A program made the translations under genes and the position numbers. Below, piece by piece: positions 35,989 to 44,209 of a stretch of DNA of 64,000 bases (its first letter is position 1; each line of letters starts with the position of its first letter). This stretch comes from an uncultured Spirochaetota bacterium. GTDB lineage: Bacteria > Spirochaetota > Spirochaetia > SZUA-6 > Fen-1364. The notes under the pieces were generated by a model. The model had not been told where the DNA came from, made no database searches, and saw only the letters and a program-made list of their open reading frames with translations. Location of the stretch: positions 561,988-625,987 of the forward strand of contig CAVTER010000015.1 in assembly GCA_963733835.1 (NCBI GenBank), given 5' to 3'.

Positions 35989-36695
35989 GGGCGCGTCCCC
36001 GGCGCAGGCCTGCTGCCGAAGAGAGCCGTGCCCAGCCGCACCAGGGTGGACCCCTCCTCGATCGCGATCTCGTAGTCCCCCGACATGCCCATGGAGAGGG
36101 TGTCGAAGACGGGGGAGCCCAGCCGCGCGGCGCAGGTCTCGAACTGGCTGCGCAGCGCCGCGAAGGCGCGGCGGACCTCCGCCGCGTCCGGGGTCAAAGG
36201 GCCGACGGTCATCAGGCCCCGCACCCGCAGGCTGCCCAGCCCGGCGACGGGCTCCAGGTCGCGCAGCAGCTCCTCGGCGCTCCTGTAGCCCGACTTCGTG
36301 TCCTCCCCGCTCGTGTTGACCTCGAGAAGCACATCGATCACCGTGCCCCTCTCCGCCGCGCAGCGGGCAAGGGCCTGCGCGGTGTCCAGCCTGTCGATGG
36401 ACTGGACGCAGCCGAACAGCGCCGAGGCGGCGCGGGCCTTGTTCCTCTGCAGGTGGCCGATGAGGTGCAGCTCCCAGTCCCCCGCCAGCCCGGTGTACTT
36501 CTGCTCAGCTTCCTGGACCCGGTTTTCTCCAAACAGCCGCAGCCCCGCGGCCAACGCCTCCTCCACCGTGGAGGCGGGACATGTCTTCGTGACGGCCATC
36601 AGGCGCACGCCGTCCGCCGGGCGCCCGGCGCGGGATGCCGCGCCTGCGATCCTCCCTCGCACCTCCGACAGCCTGCCCGGCAGCGACTCTACCAC
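35985..36695 (-). CDS. yggS: YggS-family pyridoxal-phosphate homeostasis protein
   Basis: …RLMAVTKTCP…FGENRVQE… conserved blocks. GTG start preceded by GGTGAGGA. Confidence 0.8.
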   Translation of the reverse strand: MVESLPGRLSEVRGRIAGAASRAGRPADGVRLMAVTKTCPASTVEEALAAGLRLFGENRVQEAEQKYTGLAGDWELHLIGHLQRNKARAASALFGCVQSIDRLDTAQALARCAAERGTVIDVLLEVNTSGEDTKSGYRSAEELLRDLEPVAGLGSLRVRGLMTVGPLTPDAAEVRRAFAALRSQFETCAARLGSPVFDTLSMGMSGDYEIAIEEGSTLVRLGTALFGSRPAPGTRP

Positions 36696-37213
36696 GAGTG
36701 GGTCCTCACCGGCGGGTAGGCGCGCGCCACGGCCAGCGAGAGAGGAAGGCCCAGCACGATTCCCGCCGCGCTCTGCACAAGGTTCCCCGGCGCCTCGGCG
36801 AGCGCCGGGCCCAGCCCGATGAGAAGCGCCCCGCCCGCGAAGTACCCGGCGGCCATCACCGCCATCCCCACGACGCCGGCGAGCACGCCCACCACCACGC
36901 TCCTGGGCCGCACGCGGGCAATGAGCCCGATGACCAAACCCTGCAGGCCGTGCACAAGCAACGAGATGGGGGACCACTGGGCAAATCCACCGATCAGGTC
37001 CGCCAGGGCGGTTCCCACGCCCCCTGCGATCATCGCGGAGATCGGGCCAAAGGTGTAGGCGGCAAAGGCAATGGCAACATCCCCCAGGTTGAAGTACCCG
37101 CGCGCCGGGGAGGGGATGCGCACAAACAGCGTGAACGCGGCGGTGACGCCGGCGAGCACGGCAATCGTCGAAATCCTGAACGCCGGAGAATCCAGAGGGC
37201 TGTGTTCTTTCAT
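36689..37213 (-). CDS. ECF transporter S (substrate-capture) component
   Basis: 174 aa with 5-6 TM helices and Gly/Ala-rich faces. Directly downstream of EcfT and the A-A' ATPase. Confidence 0.6.
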   Translation of the reverse strand: MKEHSPLDSPAFRISTIAVLAGVTAAFTLFVRIPSPARGYFNLGDVAIAFAAYTFGPISAMIAGGVGTALADLIGGFAQWSPISLLVHGLQGLVIGLIARVRPRSVVVGVLAGVVGMAVMAAGYFAGGALLIGLGPALAEAPGNLVQSAAGIVLGLPLSLAVARAYPPVRTHSW

Positions 37214-37264
37214 CGATGGGCTCCCTCGCCAGTATACGCGCGACGGTTCGGTTTGGAAAGAACG

Positions 37265-38044
37265 TCAGGCCCGGACCAGCAGCACCGCGAGCAGGCACAC
37301 CGCCGACAGCCCCGCCGCGACCGCGAGGTCCGCCGCGAGGGCGCCCCCCCTCTTCAGCTCGGCGAAGGAGCTGCGCGGGTTGGGTCGGCCGAACCCCCGG
37401 GACTCGAGCACCATCGCGAGCACGGGAATGCCCTTGACGGCCTGGATGAGTACCGAGGTCAGGATGGGCAGGAAAGTCTTTGCCGCCCCCCGCCATGCGT
37501 GTCGGGCCCCCGAGGCAGGCCCGCAGCGCAGCCTGTGCGCGTCCTGGACATTCCTGTAGGTGGAGGCGAGAGACGGGAGGGAGCGGAACGCGATGATCAC
37601 CACCAGGCACGCCGAGTAGGGCAGGCCGAACCACCGCAGCGCGAGCACGAGGTCGTCGAGCTCGATGCTGCGGAAGGCGGCAAAGAAGGCGAGGCTGATG
37701 CCCCCGAAGCGCAGGATCATGGCCAGGGCAGCACGCAGCCCGCCGCCGGTCACCAGGGCGAAACCCCGCACGGCGAGCAGCACCGTGCCGCTCCTGTGGA
37801 ACAACGGCGTGAGAAGCGCGATCAGGATCAGCACTGGCAGGATCGGCCGCAGCGGCACCGTGAGCTCTGACGGGCCGAACGCCGCCCCGATGACACCCAG
37901 GAGAAACGCGACGAGGCAGGCGCTCACGACGACGGGAGCGGGGATCAGGAGGCTCACTGTCACCGGTGCGAGGAGGAGGAGCTTCGCGCGCGGATCGAAC
38001 CTGTGCAGGAAGCTCGTTCCCGGTTTGAAGAAATCCACCGCCAC
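37265..38044 (-). CDS. ecfT: ECF transporter transmembrane (T) component EcfT
   Basis: C-terminal section of ORF 37265-39517 (…FLHRFDPRAKLLLL… CbiQ-like). GTG start overlapping the ATPase stop. Confidence 0.65.
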   Translation of the reverse strand: MAVDFFKPGTSFLHRFDPRAKLLLLAPVTVSLLIPAPVVVSACLVAFLLGVIGAAFGPSELTVPLRPILPVLILIALLTPLFHRSGTVLLAVRGFALVTGGGLRAALAMILRFGGISLAFFAAFRSIELDDLVLALRWFGLPYSACLVVIIAFRSLPSLASTYRNVQDAHRLRCGPASGARHAWRGAAKTFLPILTSVLIQAVKGIPVLAMVLESRGFGRPNPRSSFAELKRGGALAADLAVAAGLSAVCLLAVLLVRA

Positions 38045-39517
38045 TACGGACCCACCCCGTGCGGGGAAGCAGGGGAGACGGAGTCCCCGACCAGCCGCCC
38101 GCCCTCCATCGACACCACACGGTCGCAGACACCGGCGGCGTACTGCGCGTCGTGCGTGATGAGCAGGACACACGGGATGCGCGCGCACAGCTCGCGCGTC
38201 AGGTCCGCGAGCTCCCGGAATGACAGTCCCGAATCCACCTCGTCGAGAATCAGCATGTCCCGTTCGAGAAGCCAGTACGTCGCGGCCTGCAGCCGTCGGC
38301 GCGCGCCGTAGCTCATGAGCGCCGGGCTGTGCCAGAAGATCGGGAAGCGCAAAAAGCCGTGCTGCCTCCCGGACGAGGTCCTCAGCCTCGCGCCTGCCGA
38401 CCCCCCTCATCGCGAGCCCGAGCCCCAGCTCCTCCTGCACCGTGGGCAGGTAGATCTGGTGATCGGGATTCTGGAACAGGTAGCCGATCCTCCTGTTGAG
38501 CTCCTCGCCCCTGGCCGGGCGGAACCCTCCCCCGTCGTTGAGGGCGACCACGCCCGCTCGTGGGGTGAGCAGTCCGCAGAGCACCTTCCCGAGTGTCGAC
38601 TTCCCCGACCCGTTGGGTCCCACCAGGCCGCACACCGTGCCTTTCTCGACCACGAGGCTTTCCACATCGAGGGTGAAGCCATCGGAGTCGGGGAAGCTGT
38701 ACCGGATTCCCTCCGCCTTCAGGAATGGATCGCCGGCTGGCCTGGGGCCGCGCGCCGCTCTCTGGCCTGCACCGACAGCGATGCCATGCTCGCGCAGCCC
38801 CGAGCGCAGCTGGTCCGTGACCGGGCGACCCGAGACAGAGGAGACGGTGCCGGCAGACAGGATTCCGAAGCTGTCGCCCCTCTCTTCGAGCAGGGCTGCC
38901 CACCGGGAGTCAAGCACGAGGGTGGTCCGGCCCCTGTCGCGCAGGATGTCCATGATCCGGACCTTCCAGTCCGCATCCAGCTCTTCGAGGGACTCGTCCA
39001 GTACCCAGACGGCTGGATCGATCGCGGCAAGGCAGGCGAGGAGCAGCCGCTTCTTCTCCCCGCCCGAGAGAGTCGAGGGGTTTCTCTTCGTGAACGCCGC
39101 CAGGCCGACAAGCCGGAGGCTCTCCTCGATTCTGCGGGCGATCTCACCGCGCGGCACCCCGAGGGATTCCAGGGCGAAGGCGACCTCCGTGTCGCAGCGC
39201 GTCGTGAAGACCTGGCTGTCGGAATCCTGGAACACCAGCCCGATCGCCTCGACGAGATCCCAGGGCTGTGCGGCGCACACGTCGATCGCGCCGCACCGGA
39301 TCGCCCCATCCCGATCCCCGCCTGTGAACCGCGGAACCAGACCCACGAGCATGCGCGACAGGGTGGTCTTCCCGGCGTCGGCCGCCCCGAGGAGCACGCC
39401 GGTCTGCCCTGCATCGATGCGGAAGGTGAGGCCTTCGAACAGGCACCGCGGCGGCTCGTTTCCAAGGGGCGGATATGTGAAGCGCAGCCCGTCGACGCGA
39501 AGATCTGTGCAGATCAT
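38044..39517 (-). CDS. ECF transporter fused tandem ATPase (EcfA-EcfA'); frameshift ~38330
   Basis: Two ABC ATPase modules (Walker A GAADAGKTT and GPNGSGKST, signatures LSGGEKKR and LSYGARRR, Walker B MLILDEV, H-loop ITHD). The last 100 aa are in ORF 38044-38352. Confidence 0.75.
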
Positions 39518-39543
39518 GGGATCTCACCATCGTAGGGAGGGGG

Positions 39544-39557
39544 TTGACCTGCGTCAA
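39544..39557. promoter_or_regulatory. Perfect palindrome TTGAC-N4-GTCAA (CRP/FNR-family box, HcpR/DNR-like) upstream of the DUF438-flavodiiron operon
   Basis: ttgacctgcgtcaa, 84 bp upstream of the DUF438 start, in the divergent intergenic region shared with the ECF operon. Confidence 0.35.
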
Positions 39558-39640
39558 GGCCGGGGGGGCACTATGGTGGCATGTTCCTGGGTGTTGCGGC
39601 GGGTTCACACGACATCTGAGGCGACAAGGCGAATGGAGGC

Positions 39641-40834
39641 ATGACCATGGCGGGGATCGACGCACGCAAGAAGAAGGTGGTGGCGGATATCATCCGGCAG
39701 CTGCACGACGGGCTTGCCGTCGAGCAGGCGAAGGAGCGCATCCTGCGCGAGGTCGGCACGCTGAGCTCGGCGGACATCACCACGATCGAGCAGTCGCTCA
39801 TCGACGAGGGGGTGTCCCCCGACGAGATCAAGAGGTTCTGCAACGTGCACGCGCTCCTTTTCGAGGCGGCCCTCGAGGAGAAGGTGGCGACCCCCGAGTC
39901 CTCGTCGCACCCGGTCAACATGCTGCGAAGGGAAAACCGCGAGATCGAAACGCTCCTTGCCGGATTCAAGGCCGCCGTCCAGGAGCTTGCCGGCCCCGGG
40001 CGCGCGCATGCGCTGGCCGCCGTGAAGAGCCGCCTCGAGAAGCTGGCAGGCGTGGATACGCACTACGCCATCAAGGAGAACGCGATCTTCCCGTACCTCG
40101 AGAAAAACGGCTTCCCGGGGCCCTCCAAGGTCATGTGGGGAAAGCACAACGAGGTGCGCGCAATGATGAAGGACGCCTCTGCCGCGCTGGCCCGCGGCGA
40201 GGCGGACCCCGCGGCGCTCACCGCGCTGGCAACCGAGATCGAGGGGATGATCTTCAAGGAGGAGAACATCCTGTTCCCCGCCGCCCAGGAGCGCATCAGC
40301 GTGAAGGAGTGGGTCGAGATCCTCAAGGCCTGCGACGAGATCGGCTACCCGTACGTGCGCGGATCCGCGCTGCACGAGGCCCTCGTCGAAACGGGGAAGC
40401 TGGAGGAGCAGGCCGCGGCCCTCGGAGCGGGCGAGGTCGTCATGCCCAGCGGCAGGCTGTCGCTGGAGGAGCTGGTGTCCGCGCTCGACACTCTGCCCAT
40501 CGACATCACCTTCGTGGACGCCAACGACCGGGTCAAGTACTTCTCGCAGTCGAAGGAGCGGATCTTCGTCCGGGCAACGTCGGTGATCGGCAGGAACGTC
40601 GAGAACTGCCACCCGCCCCAGAGCGTCCACAAGGTCAAGGCCATCGTGGATGCCTTCCGGGCCGGAACCCGCGAGCACGCCGACTTCTGGATCCGGATGC
40701 ACGGCAGGTTCGTGTACATCCGCTACTTCGCCGTGCGCGGGGCCGAGGGCAGGTACCTGGGCACCCTGGAGGTGACGCAGGACCTCACCGAGATCATGAA
40801 GCTGGAAGGGGAGCGACGGCTCCTGGACGACTGA
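39641..40834 (+). CDS. DUF438 / hemerythrin-like plus PAS-like domain protein
   Basis: 397 aa. Architecture typical of DUF438 proteins commonly encoded next to NO/O2-detoxifying flavodiiron or hcp genes. Confidence 0.55.
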   Translation: MTMAGIDARKKKVVADIIRQLHDGLAVEQAKERILREVGTLSSADITTIEQSLIDEGVSPDEIKRFCNVHALLFEAALEEKVATPESSSHPVNMLRRENREIETLLAGFKAAVQELAGPGRAHALAAVKSRLEKLAGVDTHYAIKENAIFPYLEKNGFPGPSKVMWGKHNEVRAMMKDASAALARGEADPAALTALATEIEGMIFKEENILFPAAQERISVKEWVEILKACDEIGYPYVRGSALHEALVETGKLEEQAAALGAGEVVMPSGRLSLEELVSALDTLPIDITFVDANDRVKYFSQSKERIFVRATSVIGRNVENCHPPQSVHKVKAIVDAFRAGTREHADFWIRMHGRFVYIRYFAVRGAEGRYLGTLEVTQDLTEIMKLEGERRLLDD

Positions 40835-40861
40835 CAACCGCGGGCAGGAGGAGAGACGGTC

Positions 40862-42052
40862 ATGGTGACTGAGCTGGCGAAGGACGTCTTCTGGGTCGGA
40901 GTGGTGGACTGGGGCCTGCGCCACTTCCACGGCTGGGAGCTCTCCACGCATCGGGGCTCTACCTACAACGCCTACCTGGTGAAGGACAGGAAGATCGCCG
41001 TGGTGGACACCGTGTGGGGGCCTTTTGCCGACCGCTACATCGAGAACCTCCGCGAGGTGGTGGACCCCGCGCAGATCGAGTACGTGGTGGTGAACCACGC
41101 CGAGACCGACCACTCGGGCAGCCTGCCCGCGCTCATGCGCCTGTGCCCCGAGGCGACGGTGGTCGTCTCGCCGCGGGGAAAGGACAGCATCCCCGGGCAT
41201 TACCACCAGCAGTGGAAGCTGAAGGTCGTGAAGACCGGCGACTCGATCAGCCTGGGCGAGACCGAGCTGGTGTTCGTGGAGGCGCCGATGCTGCACTGGC
41301 CCGACAGCATGTTCACCTACGTCAAGGGGCGCAGCCTCCTGCTGTCCAACGACGCCTTCGGTCAGCACTACGCCACCTCGATGCGCTTCAACGACCAGGT
41401 GGACCAGGAGGAGCTGTACGAGGAAGCGGTGAAGTACTACGCCAACATCCTCACCCCTTTCAGCGAGCTGGTGCTCAGGAAGATCGACGAGGTGGTGGGC
41501 CTCAAGCTGCCCCTGGACATGATCTGCCCCAGCCACGGCGTGATCTGGCGCAGGGATCCCCTGCAGATCGTCACCGCCTACCAGCGGTGGGCCAGGCAGG
41601 AGCCCGCGCGCTCCGCGGTCATCCTGTACGCAACGATGTGGGAAGGGACCGGACGCATGGCGGGGGCGATCGGCACGGGGCTCGCCCGGGCCGGGGTTCC
41701 CTACAAGATCTTCAACATGGGAACGACGGACAGGAACGACGCGATCAAGGAGCTGTTCAAGGCCAGGGCGGTCCTCGTGGGGTCACCGACAGTGAACAGG
41801 GGGCCCCTGGCGACGCTGATGCCCGTGCTCGAGGACATGCGGGGGCTTCGCTTCAAGAACAAGATCGGCGCGGCCTTCGGCTCCTTCGGGTGGAGCGGCG
41901 AGGCCCTGGGCCTGCTGGAGGAGCACCTGAAGGCGGCGGGCATCCCCCTCGCAGCGCCGGGGGTCAAGGCCCCCTGGCAGCCCTCCACGGCCGACCTGGC
42001 GGCGTGCGAGGCGCTGGGCGCGGCGGTGGCGAAGGAGATCCTGAAAGCCTGA
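40862..42052 (+). CDS. Flavodiiron protein (A-type flavoprotein, FprA/NorV-like without rubredoxin domain)
   Basis: N-terminal MBL-like di-iron domain (HAETDHSG) plus C-terminal flavodoxin domain (AVILYATMWEGTGRMA). Confidence 0.85.
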   Translation: MVTELAKDVFWVGVVDWGLRHFHGWELSTHRGSTYNAYLVKDRKIAVVDTVWGPFADRYIENLREVVDPAQIEYVVVNHAETDHSGSLPALMRLCPEATVVVSPRGKDSIPGHYHQQWKLKVVKTGDSISLGETELVFVEAPMLHWPDSMFTYVKGRSLLLSNDAFGQHYATSMRFNDQVDQEELYEEAVKYYANILTPFSELVLRKIDEVVGLKLPLDMICPSHGVIWRRDPLQIVTAYQRWARQEPARSAVILYATMWEGTGRMAGAIGTGLARAGVPYKIFNMGTTDRNDAIKELFKARAVLVGSPTVNRGPLATLMPVLEDMRGLRFKNKIGAAFGSFGWSGEALGLLEEHLKAAGIPLAAPGVKAPWQPSTADLAACEALGAAVAKEILKA

Positions 42053-42066
42053 GCGGGTCCGGGGCC

Positions 42067-42237
42067 TTCAGCCCTGGCGCACGCCCCTGCCGTCCTCGCC
42101 GGTGGGGGCGTCCTTTTTCCGCGGCCCCTTGTACAGCTTGACGACCCAGTAGGCAAACCACAGGAGCGAGAAAAGCAGCGGGACGCCGACGATCACGATC
42201 TTGAGAAAGGCGGGGCTCACGGACTCACAGTAGCCCA
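42067..42237 (-). CDS. Small membrane protein (56 aa), hypothetical
   Basis: Hand-translated MGYCESVSPAFLKIVIVGVPLLFSLLWFAYWVVKLYKGPRKKDAPTGEDGRGVRQG*, single TM. Below the ORF-track length cut-off. Confidence 0.3.
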
Positions 42238-42305
42238 TCGCGGGCGCGCGTTCAACCCGGCACCGCCCTTTGCCCTCCGGGCTGATCCGGCGCTACATTG
42301 TGTGC

Positions 42306-42566
42306 ATGAGGAAGATGCAGGACGCTGACGGGGCACGGGTCGGGGTGTTCGACGTGAACGGCGCCACATGCCCGTCGTGCGCCTTCACGATCGAGCGGGC
42401 GGGCCTGCGGGTACCCGGCGTCAGCGACATCCGCGTGGACGTCAACTCCCGAGAGATCCGCGTCCGCTACGACGGCAGCCCCGCGGCCCTCGACGGGGTG
42501 AAGGACATCGTCCGGCGGCTTGGCTACCTCGCCACTCTCAAGTCCAGCGGGGCTCCCGGGGCGTGA
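42306..42566 (+). CDS. Heavy-metal-associated (HMA) domain protein, CopZ-like
   Basis: GATCPSCA metal-binding loop in a ferredoxin-like approximately 70 aa fold. The ORF-track start at 42270 is TTG; ATG at 42306 preferred. Confidence 0.55.
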   Translation: MRKMQDADGARVGVFDVNGATCPSCAFTIERAGLRVPGVSDIRVDVNSREIRVRYDGSPAALDGVKDIVRRLGYLATLKSSGAPGA

Positions 42567-42600
42567 AAAAGGCGCCCCGGGAGGTCCGGGGCGCCTTGTC
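42566..42600 (-). terminator. Rho-independent terminator after the small OMP gene (end of the polyprenyl-synthase/ndh2 operon)
   Basis: AAGGCGCCCCGG-GAGGT-CCGGGGCGCCTT 12-bp stem. On the minus strand it is followed by TTTTTCA. Confidence 0.65.
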
Positions 42601-42612
42601 AAAACACCGCGC

Positions 42613-43143
42613 TTACAGCTTGTAGAGAACCCCGATGCCGTAGTTCGAGGCCCAGCCGACGTAGCCGTAATCCAGCAGGAGGAACAGCTTCGGGTTGAGC
42701 TTCCACGCGAGGCCGTTGAACGAGGCGAAACCGAAGTTGACGCCGCTCCAGCCCCAGTAGGTGCCGGTGGTCCCATAGACCCCGAGGCCGAGGGAGACGT
42801 ACACGTCGAACTCCAGCGACTTGCCGAAATTGAACCCCGTGTGAAGGCTGGCAAGCGGAGCAACGCCCCAGTCCACCCACCCACCGCCGATGAAGAGCGG
42901 GAGCTGGACCACGCCCCTGCCCATGATACCCCACTCGAAGGGCATCGGGCCGAGGTTGAACTTCCCGACCACGTACTCGGCTCCCACCCCGAGGCTCAAT
43001 CCCGAGTAGCCGTACAGGCCAACCGAGCCGTACAGGTTCACATTGCCCGGCTTGTGGAAAGCCGCGAACGGGGCATCGGCGAATGCGCCGACAGCGCCGG
43101 CCAGCAGCAGCACTGCAACCAGCACGACAACAATTCTCTTCAC
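42613..43143 (-). CDS. Small outer-membrane beta-barrel protein (OmpW/OmpA-N-like)
   Basis: AAGGAGG RBS plus GTG start. Signal peptide VKRIVVVLVAVLLLAGAVGAFA, then alternating aromatic/Gly beta-strands ending …GIGVLYKL. Confidence 0.6.
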   Translation of the reverse strand: MKRIVVVLVAVLLLAGAVGAFADAPFAAFHKPGNVNLYGSVGLYGYSGLSLGVGAEYVVGKFNLGPMPFEWGIMGRGVVQLPLFIGGGWVDWGVAPLASLHTGFNFGKSLEFDVYVSLGLGVYGTTGTYWGWSGVNFGFASFNGLAWKLNPKLFLLLDYGYVGWASNYGIGVLYKL

Positions 43144-43238
43144 AGTCGTCCTCCTTGCGTGAGTAGTCACTCGGTCAATTGTCCCCCAAACACGCGAAAA
43201 GTCAAGCGCCGGCCGCCGCGCCCGCGGTGCTCTCCCGC

Positions 43239-44206
43239 TCAATAGGTCCTGTGCAGCAGCCGGTCCGCCACCGCGTGCAGCGTCCGCCGCGCCCCGGTGT
43301 CCGGCGAGCCGGGCGATCTCGCGCAGCGACCTCTCGGTGTACGCCCTCGCGAGGCGGCGCGCGCCCTCCAGGCTCCCCCTCTCGGAGATCATCCCGACGA
43401 TGCCCGCCAGGCGCTCCGCCGTGTAGGGAGGATCGGCGAGCGCCGCGGCGAGGCTCCCGTCGTCGGCGCGCAGCCCGAGGACCACGGGGAGGGTGAAGAT
43501 GCCCTGCGCGAGGTCGGACCCCGTCGGCTTGCCCGTCTCCGCCGCCGTGCCCTCGAAGTCGAGGATGTCGTCGATGATCTGGAACCCCATGCCGAGGCTG
43601 TAGCCCAGCCTGACCAGCGTCTCCCGGACACCGGGGTCGCACCCGCTCTCGCGGGCGCCGACGTGGAAGCTCAGGGCGAAGAGCACGGCGGTCTTCCCGG
43701 CGATCGTGCGCAGGTAGCGCCGCAGGCTGGGGTCGACCCGGTAGCGGTCGCCAGCCTGGCGTATCTCGCCCGCGCAGATCTGTGCCACGAGCGCGGCCAT
43801 CGCCCGGGCAGTCCCCATGTCCGCGAACTCGGCGACGAGGGAGAAGGCGGCGGCGAACAGCCAGTCGCCCGTCAGGACAGCGGCCTTGTTGCCCGCGAGC
43901 GCGTGCAGCGTCTGGATGCCCCTGCGCACGGAGGCCTCGTCGATGATGTCGTCGTGCACGAGGGTGGCCAGGTGCAGCATCTCGACGGCCGCCGCGGCAC
44001 GACGCACGCGCCCGGATCCGGCGCGCCGAAGCTCGCGGCGAGCAGCACGAAAGCGGGCCGCAGCATCTTGCCATTCGACTCCACCAGCCGGCGCACGGCG
44101 GCCGCCACGGGGCCGTCGCCGCCTCCCGTCCTCGGGAGACGATCTCCCCGCGCACGCGCTCGAGCAGGTCCGACAGCTCCGGGTGGCCTTCCCAGAAGCT
44201 CCGCAT
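43239..44206 (-). CDS. Polyprenyl (hepta/octaprenyl) diphosphate synthase, DmkB/HepT-like; 3 frameshifts
   Basis: Both aspartate-rich motifs (LVHDDIIDEA, FQIIDDILDF). N-terminus MRSFWEGHPELSDL… and native-looking C-terminus …EIARLPDTGARRTLHAVADRLLHRTY* recovered in shifted frames. Confidence 0.75.
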
Positions 44207-44209
44207 CGG

